DNA of 61,052 bases, the filler included, from Sphacelaria rigidula (taxonomy: Eukaryota), in NCBI GenBank assembly GCA_964200075.2. It is 6 parts of 6 records of this genome, joined end to end, with 100 filler letters (N's around TTAATTAATTAA, not from the genome) between each part and the next. Parts side by side here need not be neighbours in the genome. Positions count along the whole stretch, not along the records: positions 10,194 to 20,285 come from CAXNAA020007164.1; positions 20,386 to 30,477 come from CAXNAA020007165.1; 4 more parts are not named here. One strand, written 5' to 3'. The notes under the pieces are model-generated. The model was given only the letters and a program-made list of their open reading frames with translations, was not told the origin of the DNA and made no database searches. Of the stretch, positions 11,309 through 23,080 are shown one piece after another. Every line of letters begins with the position of its first letter. Positions within the stretch are counted from its first letter, which is position 1. The translations under genes were made by a program, and so were the position numbers.

Positions 11309-12325
11309 CTACTCTGGACAGTCGTTCGCGCGCAACCACACCAGAACCTTGTAATGCCCTCCCGCCCTAGCGGCACTGCACACTTCGGCCGTCATCGGAC
11401 AACCTTCCTGCCGAGCATATTTCAAAACACCCAAGTGCCCTCCAGATGCTGCAGCCACGCATGTTTGCGCATCCCATGGGCAGGCATTCTGGCGAAGCCA
11501 CCGAAGGACGCGAAGGTTTCCGGCTTTGGCAGCTTCTTCGCAAGTGCGACCGTCCCAGCTGCAGCCGTTCGCTTTACACCACTGTAGCACCTCCAGCTGT
11601 CCACCGCTCGCCGCACCGCTGCAGGTGCGCTCTTCCCAGTCCACGCCAATTTTCTTGGCCCACTTGATAACGTGTAAGTGGCCATGGCGAGCGGCTTCGA
11701 AGCAGGTCCATGTGTTCCATATCCAGCCGTTCTCACGCGCCCACTGAAGGACGTGCAGATGGCCTCCCTTGGCGGCCTGTGTGCACGTGCGCCAATTCCA
11801 AACACAACCGTGTGCTCTGCTCCATTTGAGCACCTCGAGATGTCCACCCAATGCAGCATTCGAGCACGTGCTCGCATCCCAAGTGCAGCCGTTCGCCCTG
11901 GCCCATCGGAGCACTTTCAGATGCCCGTTGCGAGCAGCTCGAGCACATGTCTTAGCGTCCCAGGAACAGCCGTTGGCCCTGGACCACAGCAAGACCTTCA
12001 GATGACCCCCCGAGGCCGCCGCACTGCATGTTGAAGAATTCCAGGGACAGCCAAACATCCTCGCCCACATGAGAAGTGATACATCGCCGAGGCGTGCGAT
12101 GGCTTCGCACACCACCACACTCGGCGTAAGCCCGCAGTCGAAACTGTACGATAGCTGGGAAATCGTTGAGTATTTGGTCACGGCCCTCGTTACTCTTCGG
12201 CGTTCTCGGCCCCAGGCGTTTCGCCAGCCTCTAGATACCAGGGCGAAGAACAGGAATTCCTTGTCTTGAGCATACTCGGCCACTTTACGCAAGATATCCG
12301 CATTGTTTTGGAGAGGGTTTTGCAT
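11309..12325 (-). CDS. Intronless ankyrin-repeat protein of the giant-virus/Ectocarpus type, ~338 aa, possible F-box-like N-terminus
   Basis: Uninterrupted ORF with ten 27-aa repeats of type TC-AA-GGHL-VL-WARANGC-WD. N-terminus DILRKVAEYAQDKEFLFFALVSRGWRNAW. Likely start is the ATG at 12325 (MQNPL). Confidence 0.85.
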   Translation of the reverse strand: MQNPLQNNADILRKVAEYAQDKEFLFFALVSRGWRNAWGRERRRVTRAVTKYSTISQLSYSFDCGLTPSVVVCEAIARLGDVSLLMWARMFGCPWNSSTCSAAASGGHLKVLLWSRANGCSWDAKTCARAARNGHLKVLRWARANGCTWDASTCSNAALGGHLEVLKWSRAHGCVWNWRTCTQAAKGGHLHVLQWARENGWIWNTWTCFEAARHGHLHVIKWAKKIGVDWEERTCSGAASGGQLEVLQWCKANGCSWDGRTCEEAAKAGNLRVLRWLRQNACPWDAQTCVAAASGGHLGVLKYARQEGCPMTAEVCSAARAGGHYKVLVWLRANDCPE

Positions 12326-12554
12326 GGCGATCCACGAGAGATGAGCGGTCGGCCTTGAGAGGTGTTGTGCAACAACAGATCCGTTGCGTGCTGCGTGAGG
12401 TCGAGGCGGATGTGGAAAACAATACGGAAAGGGCATGGGAAAACATTTGACGGTTATTGACAAATATTCCAGTGTTTGCAGGACGCAGATTTGAGGCTCC
12501 GCGCCCACAGCGTAATCTGTGAATTCAAGGTATGAGCAACTTGATTACAGTATA

Positions 12555-13144
12555 CTCTCGCTGTCCCACAAGTCAGGGTTTTTAGGTGTACACGAGCCCT
12601 TGACCGTGTGACATTGTGAAGACGCTTTTCTGTTTTTTTTGGCGTATTCTGGGTTAAAACTCCCCCTTTTTTTCTCCTTGCCGTTTCTATCATGCGGCCG
12701 AACGGCGGGGGGAAAAACAGTCTGCCTGAAATCGGCCATACTTCGCCCCTACAGTATTCCCGGGGCAAAAAACGCAAAAAGAATGGACATATTTTTCTTT
12801 GAAGATGGTCGTCCTCCGTATCGCTGGAGCTTGATTCTGGAAAACTCACGAAACATTCGAGAACAAGCCCCGAAATATATCCAGAACATTCCCAAAACTG
12901 GTCATTCTTGGCTTGAATGTTGTACCAAACATACACGTCGGGGTCTTTTTCATCGATATCCCCCACACTTTTATTTTTCCGACTTTTATTTTTCCGACGA
13001 TAACAACAAAAGTTTCGTACACACACGCTGTTCGGGCGAGCGCTCCTTGAAAACCCCGAACCCTTGACTTATGGGACAGAGGAAGTAGTAGCCTTTTTAT
13101 CGATTGTCGAATTGCCGAGCTCTTGACTTATGGGACAGAGGAAG
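12555..13144. mobile_element. Stowaway-like (Tc1/mariner) MITE with duplicated right terminus
   Basis: TA|CTCTCGCTGTCCCACAAGTC ... GACTTATGGGACAGAGGAAG|TA ending at 13085, with a second right end at 13144. The same TIR occurs at 44522. Confidence 0.65.
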
Positions 13145-15424
13145 TAGGAACCTCATTGTTCCAAGTGTCATGACCCGTATAACGCGCAGCAATTCGAAAA
13201 TTGATTGAAGTGCAGTGATGGGCAAAGTCAATCAAATCGCGCAGAGGAGGGAAGTATGACGCAAAGGTGCCGCCGCGCGGTTGAATCGATGCTGTAGCCG
13301 TGTGAGTCGCAGGGCGAGGACGTTTGGATGGCCATTTCGTTGTCGGTTCGAAGAGATGCATCACTAGCATGTTCACTATAGGTACTATACAGGCACCGCA
13401 CCGAACGATAGAGTACGCTACTGTCTGGATGCACAGCCGCCGATTACCCTTAGTACAGTCGGTATGTCGGCAAAGGTGGCTGTGCTGTTGGGGGTCAAGT
13501 GCGGTCGCCGTTTGCGGATATACACGTGCAGGATAATTCAACTTGCTTTCGAAGTGAAGAGCGGAGAATTCCCGGTAGCGACTTCGTTGCTTGCTGTGCT
13601 ACTATGAGTGTACGCTACCGCACCGTCTATGCGGTAGGTGGTATCTACAGCCCGTGGTGTCGTGGGCGTATCTGAGTACACACGACTAACAGAAGGTAAG
13701 CATGCTGCTAACGTGGCAACCGACCTTCCTACTACCTCTTGTCCAGTTCGATTGCGATTTAATGCCGCTGATGGCGCCAAGAACAACGAAGATCCAAGAG
13801 GGCGAGAAACCTGAGCGATTTTCAAAACACAACAAACAGCAGTCTGCGCAGATACAACAGCAGAGTAAAGTACGAGGACGCGGGTTGCTGGTGGCACCAG
13901 ACCGTGTGGTTTTGATCAAGATCATCCGTAATTAATAAAGCCGACGCGTCGAACAGCCCCTTTATCCATCTCGTGCTTGAACATTTCAACAATCGATATC
14001 CTCATTTGTGTATGCTGCTGCTGTATTTTGCGGCAGCGTTTTCAATCAAATGCCTTCGGGCAGCTATCGCTATTGTTATCAAAATAATAATGATATGGCA
14101 GTGGAGATTTCTATACTACAGTACATATACGAAGTGTATAGTTACCGGTCGGGCACGTCCTTGCCTTTTTGACTACAACACCCCCCATCCTCCNNNNNNN
14201 NNNGATTTGTATTTTTAAAATAAAAAAAAAAAAGTGGATGTTTTTGTGCGGCCGGGGCCCCCCCTCTTTTTTTTTCCCCCCCCCCCCCCCCCCCCCCCCG
14301 TTTCGCAGAGGAGTCACGAGAAAAATATATTTATCGCAGTTTCAAACGCCATGCACATGCAGGCAGCATCATCCCGTTTATTCATGCAGGGTCCTTGCTT
14401 GGCATGGGACCGAAGGACGAAAAACTCGTGTGAGGCCGCTTCTTGGGCTACGAAAAAAATATTCAGGAAAAAGCCTACTTAACGGATTCAGTGACGATTT
14501 TCGCCAAAATCGGGCCTCAGTGGATTGTACCACATTAGAAAGACTTGCTGCTGCTGTGCTCTCTGTGAGTCTCGAGCTCTCGTCCGATCTTCCGTGCGCC
14601 CAGTTTGAATTTTGGGCGGACGCATCGTTTCCCAAGCAACCCAAGGGTGATGGAGAATACATTTGATCCGCACCTGTACGTACCCCAGGGCACTCCAAAA
14701 TGAAGTAAAAACAACAGCATTTTTTTCCCTTCTCTTGCCAAACCCTAGCCACTGGTTTGTTTTGATTTTCGACTAACCTAGGATGTACGTGTCATTTTCA
14801 CTTCCTGACGCGTACCCGTGAGCGACCCACGATAAATAAGACTGCCTCGTTTGCTAGAAAAAATAGTGTTACCATGTTTCTCTGAGATCGTCGGTATGTG
14901 TTTTCGGGGGCTGTTGAGAAACGGCCAACGTGAACGTACTAACTAGGTAAAAAAGAGCGCTGGAATCATCTCGGAAAATTCCAGAAAAGGTTTTCGAGGT
15001 GACACAGTCCGTAAGGCCTCCTATTACAATACCATTATGGTACTACTGTGCTGCGGAGAAAGTAAGCGCTGAATCGCCGATCAAAATATGTAAAAGCTTT
15101 TTTTTCGGAGAGAATTTTTTCATACCGCTGATGATGAAGATTAACTCGAACTAACGAGCTACGATTCGTGACGGGTTTTTGCCGCACATCACCTACATGC
15201 CGATACAGTAGATGGGATGACAACACAGATAGCCCGCTGATAACGAGTGTTTTTTTCAGCGCCGAAACAAGATGCGCGTCTCATCAGCACGCAGCACCCA
15301 TACAAACGGCCCAAAACTGATTAGAGGGCAGGAAACACCACCGAGCGGAAATACGCACAGCATTCGCTCCATCTTGAGGAAAATCCACGCCAAATACCGT
15401 CATGGTATGCAACAGCAGATGTAC

Positions 15425-16430
15425 ATTAGTTTCCGGCTGAAATACGGGATTTTTGTAATTTGATCGTAGTCGACCATTTTCAAGAGTGTTTCCGCGTGCC
15501 TCTGCTCATCCCAGTGAACGTTTGATCCCAAAGTATGGCGATCGGAAGATACCAGGTACCCGCCCCACATTCCGAAACAAAATCATACCTGCCGTCAATA
15601 TTGAATGACTTGCGGGCTGATCAATTTTTGGGGGTCCTGCGACTACCTAGCCCCAGGTTCTGATCCTTGGGGATTTTTGCTCGATCGAAGCAATCCCGAT
15701 CGTTCTCGTGAACAAAAGTAAAATAACGTTTTTCTGAATTTTTGCCTATTTATTGAGCTAGAGCCGAAAAATTGTGTTTTTTCGACCATTGACGGTCGAG
15801 GATACCCCTTATAAACAAGGTACTTACTCATTATCACCCCGACAACACCAAGTGAAGATTGTGTCCTGAACCTCGTTCTTTTCCCAATATCTATCGACGC
15901 TAGGACTTTCGAGTGCTAAGAAACGATATCGCACGAGAAAATTCAGAAAAATACACAACTACGAAATTGCCCAACCGACCTCTGCATAGCACAAGGAGGG
16001 GGGGGGACGGGGGGGGGGCGTACTCATTTGTTGCTTGCCTTAGTCGTTTGACCATTGACCACGCATCCCTTTCGAGACGGAGCACAAGGAGGGGGTGAAC
16101 CAATCACAATCACTCTCGTGAATAACATTACAGACCCACATTTTATATTTTCATCTACTCATTGCGCTACGGCCGAAAAGAAATGTGTTTTGGACCAAAA
16201 ACGGTCAATAAAACCCCCTGTCAACTCAGCCCGTAAGTCTTGCGATATTGAGCGCTGAGATGATTCTTGTTTCGGAATGTGGAGCAGATGCCTAGTATCT
16301 CCCGATCCCCTAACTTCGGCATCAAACGTTCACCGGGATGAGCGGTGGCATGCGAAAAAACTATTGGAACTCGCCGACCATGAATACGAAGAAAATATTA
16401 AAAAAAAAACTATTTCAGCTGAAAACTATT
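15425..16430. repeat. Inverted repeat pair (~15425-15635 / ~16210-16430), non-autonomous DNA element
   Basis: GCTCATCCCAGTGAACGTTTGAT...CCACATTCCGAAACAA is reverse-complementary to TTGTTTCGGAATGTGG...ATCAAACGTTCACCGGGATGAGC. Confidence 0.55.
16003..16085 (-). mobile_element. 5'-truncated poly(C)-tailed LINE 3' end with ~15-bp TSD
   Basis: Same 3' end as the 9981 and 44119 copies, flanked by AGCACAAGGAGGGGG at 15988-16002 and 16081-16095. Confidence 0.75.
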
Positions 16431-17963
16431 ATAACCCACCTGTTGACCATTTATAGAGCTTTCGCTCAAGCCATGGATTGTTGCTGAACTTTTCGCATAT
16501 CGAGAGACATGCCCCATATGTTCGGCACCAAATCACAGCTGCTTTGGGGTATCTTGAGATTTTTTCCCCTTCGTGAACCAGAAAATGATTGGTGGTTTAC
16601 ATAATGGAATTCAAGGTGACGAATATAATTCAACGGAGAGGTTGCCTTATCATATCATGATTCTAGGCCCCCATACAATCGTACAGGCGACCAGGTTGTC
16701 GCCAGCATTATCTGGGGCGTGAGGGCGCGCCTTGGCACATTTTTTATTATCGAAAGGAAGGGGCGGTGGACCCGATTTGAGCGAAATTTGCTCATTTTTC
16801 TCGAGGTGGGTCCAACCGAATTTTCAAGCTTTCGACCGAAAAAAGACAGTGAAGTTCGTGATGCGGTACTTGGTCGTCTGTGTACAGTACAGACAGCCTT
16901 TACTGTCTGCACTGTTTGCATGTAATGTATCTGAGTATGTGTGCGTGTTTCGTACAGTAGGGTGTGAAAGAGATGCGTGCAACATGCAGTACAGACCGCG
17001 CAGGACTATCTCCTCTCTGGACAATGTGCAGCTTCGTACTGCCTGCACTCTCCATGAGCGTGTAAAGAAGCCGGTCGCCAACCCTACCACGCAGTTCCGT
17101 CGCCGATCCCATGAAAGAAGATGCTCGAGTTTTCGCCAAAAAAAATAGACACAACATAACCAACTACTGCAGTGCATCTATCCCTGTACGCCACTCGTGC
17201 TCTATGCCGCAAGGTTGCGGTGGTAGCTGAGAATGAATTATGTGGGCTTTGCGTGGTTCTGTGAATGGGTGATATCCGGCGTGGTTGCCTGCAAGAAAAT
17301 GAGAGTCAAGTCAAGGTCAAGTGCACCTTCTTCGTGCCTTTCGACCCCATGTTTTCGGCACCGAGTTCATGGGTACGGGTCGTCATAAAATAATTGTACT
17401 GAAATGAGCTATTTTTTCGTTGTTTTCCATGTTTTTTGAACGGATTTAGTTCGAGGTTTCTGTGTTGGTGGACAATGGCGGACATACGTGGACTACTCCA
17501 GCCCGACGTACTGTAGAGAGGTCAACAAGTTCTTTTTTTCTTTGTCCAGGCCCGGTCTGGACTCTATTTCCCTCCGCCAGCTGGCTACAGCCGCCCAGGA
17601 CGGTATATCGATGATATTTTTACAAGCACCATGTCATCATGAAGCAAGCTTACGGTATACCTCCGAAAGGGGGCGACGCTCTAGCACACGGGGTCGCACA
17701 CGCAAGAGAGATGCATGTTTATGTTAGCTGTCCGATGTCCTGTGTGTAGCGTGCTTGGTCATCTTCGCCGTCGCATCTCTAAATATTTTCTGTCGCGGCG
17801 GCACCGACTGTACCTTTACCGCAAGATGCGCCAACCCTGGCCAGGCGGTGGGCATCGCGTGAGTACTGCCTGTAAGGCATCGATCAACACGAGCCATCCA
17901 GAACAAAAGCACGACTGCCAACAGCAGGGAGCCAGCAGCATAGATGCCGATATACTCTCCACT

Positions 17964-18310
17964 GGTCGCCCCGGTGGCTCAGTGGGTAACCTCGAAACCT
18001 TCTGACGGATGGGTCGTGGGTTCAAATCTCGGAGCGATCTGGGATTTTTCTTACACCATGCCCAACAGTGGAGAGCGACTATACCGTGGTTGCACAACAT
18101 TCGAGTTAACGGTCGACGAGGGAAAGGGACTGCTAAACTCCTCTCGCGATAAAAAATAAAGGCAAGCACCACAGAAAGAAGGTGGGGTACTGAAAACAAA
18201 TAAAAAAGAAAAAGCTCCTGTGTTGACCTTCCTCCTGTGTGGCCCCGGCTGGTGCACCCAAATATACCGAAAGGCGTAGACCGGCTTGCAGAATAGATGG
18301 GACGGCAACA
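17964..18310 (+). mobile_element. tRNA-derived SINE, second copy
   Basis: Colinear with 10473-10820. A box TGGCTCAGTGGG, B box GGTTCAAATCT. Confidence 0.75.
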
Positions 18311-20890
18311 CTGTAGTCCTTCTCTCAGAGTTGTGCTGTCCGGACAGCATGAAACATCGCACAACGACGACGATAGAACTGTCTTATCAACACGAGCCAT
18401 CATTTTTTATTTCTCACTTCTCTCCGCGCGCCACGAACGATAAAAACGGTTAGAGCCAACTAGCAACAGAAATGCGGTGGACCTATCAGATCGGAAAATC
18501 TCCGTTCCACCGCACTTTTTCGATCGGCAAAAAATGTGCGAAGACGCGAAGATATGCCCTCAGTGCAGTCGCCAAACGAGGCGCGGGGTATTGAAAATAC
18601 AATACGAAGTAGGAAGTGTCTGTCGCGCGTTACTCGTTCGTGCGAAAAGCTTGTCGCCGATCTTTGGAATGGTTATAGTTCACTCCAGAATGATCATACA
18701 TTCCTCATCACACATTCCTCAGCAGCTCAGTTTAGTCCGACATGGCCACCATGTCGCCTAAATTATAACATGGAGCGATGTCAAGGAGGGTGGGGACCTT
18801 TACTCATCACGCTTTGGGATTCACATTCCACCAAAACAGCTTGTAAAACAGAAAATAGAGCCAGCGCACCCAGCAAGGGTTAGCTTACTGCGGCCGCCTT
18901 GCTTGTCAGCCCCGGAACGAGGAGTATACCCAGTGCACAACGTCGGAGGCACACCATTCGTGACTGGAGACGAAACATACCTGTTGCTACCAGCATGCGC
19001 AGTACGACTTCTGCTTGTTTGGCTGAATAACTGAGCTAGGGGTCTCCATCTCTCTTCATACTTCTTTTATTTCCCACACTAGATACAATCATTGATCAGG
19101 TGCCGTCTGTTCGACAGTCCCGCCGGAAACAGCACCAGCCCGTTCATTACCGCTCAGGTCAGTGGTAGGTTACATACATAACAGTCGAGCCCACTCCAGT
19201 GCACTGTGGTGGAGCACTAGTCATGAAGTCGACACCAGCGGTGCATAGATTCGTAGAATCCACTCTGAGATGCGTGGGTGGTCGGTGTGGTACTGGACAG
19301 CTCATGCGTCGAGGCATGCGAGAGGCGGTTGCAACAGTACAAATCACCAACAGTAACGGAACATGCACGCGAGCAGTCTCAAGCACATGTGCGCGAACAG
19401 CTGCGCGGGGTGCGATCGAGGTGCTGACAGAGGCGGATGCACCCCCGACCACCGCAGGGGGGGCGAGCTTGGCCACGAGAAAGAAGCCTCTTAATGGCTA
19501 TTTGAATAAGGTGAAACGTGTCATGTGTGCTCACCAGTCCTTGGGCGGTTGCAGACAACTAGTACTGTACGGTACTGAAGCCAGTGAAGGTTTCGGAAAG
19601 TCAAGTACGTGGGTGCCCCTGGAGACTTGGCGCTTGTGTGTTTGACATGACATGGTGACCTCATACGAACTTACGACGTCACATAGGCAGTCGAAACAGA
19701 TGGGCATCCACCAGATGCTAACGGGAGTACATCGTGGATGTAGGCGGGTGCGCACCGTACCATCTGTTTGCCCCTCTGGGTCAGGATGTTGAACACATGG
19801 ATCGAGGTGGTGTTCTTCGGCGAGATTCTCCCGCAGTGTACGGTTGTATTGTACTCCGTATATTTTTCCGAAAGCGCTCGTATAAACAAAAAAATATTGT
19901 AACAGCCTCTTCTGTCCTTCTGAGTCGTTTTACGCGCTCGAAGAGGGCTGCGTATGCGGATTTTGCCGCCTTGGAATGGCTTGCTCTACTCGTTGAGACG
20001 ATTTCAGGGCATCTTCACGTTTTCCCGTGGCCGCATTATTTTGTTGGCCAAACAAGCATTTTCGTCAAACGAGGGTCACGTGCAGAGATGAATGGCAGTT
20101 AGGCCGGATGTTATGGCAAACAGAATTTTGGCCCACGCATTGTTCACCTTTGGGACGTTTGACCCACCTTTTGACCCCCAAGCCAAGAAAACCGCCACCA
20201 CACGTCTCAGACGCTTTGCATCACCCCACAGAGAGGAGCCTAGTCTGCTTTTCAGATTATCTTGGCTCCGAGGTTTCGAGATTGGNNNNNNNNNNNNNNN
20301 NNNNNNNNNNNNNNNNNNNNNNNNNNNNNTTAATTAATTAANNNNNNNNNNNNNNNNNNNNNNNNNNNNNNNNNNNNNNNNNNNNGACTCAAAGGGGGCG
20401 GCCAAGTCAATTCAATAAAACAATGTAGTATGACCCATCAGGTACCAAGCATGACAAAGTATGACAAATGGAACCCAGTCGACTGGAACATGACCAATAA
20501 ATCTGTAACAATTCACCACTCACGCGTACTAGCTCAAGCGCTAGATCTTCACCATCTACACACGACAGTCTTTGTTTGACGGAAATCCACCCCGTATTAG
20601 ATGAAAGGCGGCCGCGTGCGTGTCAAATTGCAACCGAAAACGTGATGCTGCTGACTGTTTTTAAGCGTGTGCTGTGCGCGTCTCACGCAAATCATCATTT
20701 CTTACTGAATTCTAAACCGATTTGACCAAGGTCACGCAAAGCGTGCTCAGCTGATGAACAGCAATGGATGGAGCGGTGTGTTTTGGTCTGGGAGGGCAAT
20801 GTGATCCTCAGGTTCACGTTTGATTGTCTTGACTTGTCTGTCAAAACTTTGGTTATGCCCCTGTCAACGGGATGATTTATGTTCCCGTTC

Positions 20891-21226
20891 GAGGAGTCAC
20901 AATATCACTTTTACAAAAGTGATTTCAGGAAGTGTTTCTTTACTTCCTGAATCACTTTTGCAAAAGTGGTTTTCTGGCACTTTTCGGGGGGGGGGGGGGG
21001 GGGGGGGTATGCCAAAAACCAACCACGGATATTTTTTTAAAAAAGGAAGTTTTTAAAAAGGAATAGTCTCATCTNNNNNNNNNNTTTTTTGTCGTGATAC
21101 TCTGCCTATCTTTGTGTATCGTGTTTGTCGTAGGTGGGGGGGGGGGACCGGTGGGCTGGTATCGCAGCAACCAATCATCGATCGTTTTTCAAAAAAGTGA
21201 TTTCTTGAAAAGTGATAGTCACTTCT
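20891..21226. mobile_element. Small palindromic MITE-like element
   Basis: Repeated ATCACTTTT / AAAAGTGAT motifs in inverted arrangement at both ends. Confidence 0.35.
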
Positions 21227-21242
21227 GATAAGACCCCGCCTG

Positions 21243-23080
21243 TTCGGAGATCACTGATGTGTCATGCCGAGACGAACCATTCAACATATATATATATACA
21301 TATATGTTTTGTTCAGGAAGCGAACAATTTTCCCATTGAACCAATGAGCGGAGTTTTGGTGCTGCTTGCTCCTCGCAAGTCTCACTAGTCACATTTCATA
21401 TTTCTCCAACGATCGATCGTCTGGAGACTCGAATCCCTGACCTCTTGTTCCACAAGCGGACATTCGACCATCGAAGCAGTGAGCGCTCACTGCTTCGATG
21501 GGTAAACTGTTCGCTTCCTGACCATAATATATGCAGTTGGACTCCCGGCATCATCGATTGTGGAAGGAAACTTTGGCATTTAAACAGTAGCTCCGGAAAT
21601 CACTGAAATGTCATGCCGGGACAGACCACACAACATGTTCTCTTCCAGGAAGCCAACGGTCTACCCATTGAACCGGTGAGCGTTCACTGGTTCAATGGGT
21701 AGACTGCTCGCTTCCTGAACAAAATATATGTTGCATGGTCCGTCTCGGCATGACACATTGTCGATCTCCGGAGCTCCCTGCCCCTTGCAAGCCTCACGGT
21801 TCATATGTTAACCTTTCCTTCCACAATTGATCTTGCCGGGACTCGGATCGCAATACTTTTGTTTAGAAGCAAACACACACGCGGTCATTTGGCTACCCCT
21901 TCAAAATGCCTCCGGAGGGGTGTGCGACCCTCCAGGTGGGCATTTTCTGGTTTTCTCCAGAGGGATCAAAGACCTCCGGAGACTTTCTTTGCACTCTGGA
22001 GGAAGCAATAAAGTACCGAACTGGAGGCCGCGTGTGTGTTGGCCCTCTGCACAAAAGATGCAGTTCGAGTCCCGGCATGATTGATTGTAAAAGGAAAGTT
22101 TAACATGTGAATAGTGAGGCTTGCGAGGGACAAGGAGCTTCGGAGGTCGCCAATGTCATGCCGAGACGCCACCATACATCATAAACAGCAACACAGGAAG
22201 CGAGCAGTCTACCCATTGAACCCGTGAGCGCTTACAGGTTCAATGGGTAGACTGTTTGCTTCGTGAACAGGTTTTCTCCTGGACATCGGGTTTTCCTTCA
22301 CAGAGGTTTTACCCAGGAGGGCTGTTTTTTCCCGCAACAGTGTTGAACGTGTGATAATATGTTTCCGAACATCTTTTCTGACCACCCGCCCAATACTTCT
22401 TTGACGAGGGAAGTGGCGTGGAAGAGAGAGCTCGATGGCAGGGTTCAGCCGGCATGTGCTATGTGATGGAACCATACCCTCGACAAAAGAATACACAGTC
22501 AAAAAGTGTGCTGCGTACGGTATCGACTATTGCGCCTATTGCAATAGACAATATATTACATACTGTACGCAGTACAGTTTTTTACAAAATAATCTTTCGT
22601 CCAGGGTGTGGATGGAACGGGCGTTCCCTGCGATGGTTTGTCCGCGCATTATTGTTTAAACGGGCACGGAGGAGATCGTGAACACGCGATCGTAAGGGAA
22701 TTGATTGCGATTCTTGTAGTGGCAGGCGTGTTCCCGCCGGTGGGTATGCGTAGAGGAACGGAGCAAGCCGTGGGCCAACGGAACCATTCATTGTGTGCCC
22801 CCAGCGTTTTGTGCGAGCAGACGCCGTGCTGGTATGGTGGGATTAAGCTGTAGTGTGTGCGGGTACACATAACCCTGTACGGTGTGGTCCATCCCGGCCT
22901 GACACTCAGTGATCACCGGAGTCGACACAGCTTATAATCTTTGTGTTCAGGAAGCGAACAGTTCGCCCATCGGACCAGTGAGCGCTAACGAGGCAAGATA
23001 TCTTTAGCTCATGAAGCAAACGCGTTGCCCATCGAACTAGTGAGCACTCACTGGTTCAATGGGTACAAAGGTTCGCTTTA
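21243..23080. mobile_element. Array of ~200-bp elements with tRNA-Gly-like inverted termini, joined at GTGAGC|GCTCAC palindromes
   Basis: Junction centres at 21484/5, 21681/2, 22229/30, 22983/4 and 23045/6. Consensus terminus GCTCACTGGTTCAATGGGTAGACTGCTCGCTTCCTGAACAAAA...GTTCGAGTCCCGGC. Confidence 0.65.
22475..22608. mobile_element. 134-bp palindromic MITE ((C/T)ACCCT(G/C)GACAA termini); second copy at 45205-45338
   Basis: Two similar copies on different contigs, TACCCTCGACAA...CCAGGGTG, both flanked by CA/TG. Confidence 0.7.

Noticed and set aside
11309..12508. Endogenous giant virus, and the 399-aa start at 12508
   Set aside because: No NCLDV core genes and low gene density. The extra N-terminal 61 codons start at a non-ATG codon and look non-coding.
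19100..19900. Candidate small exons (19100-19157, one ending 19510, ~19785-19840)
   Set aside because: Splice-like signals are present, but there is no recognisable peptide or consistent gene model.
21468..22270. Protelomerase/hairpin-telomere target sites
   Set aside because: The palindromes are explained by abutting inverted termini of a repeat, and no protelomerase gene is in the window.
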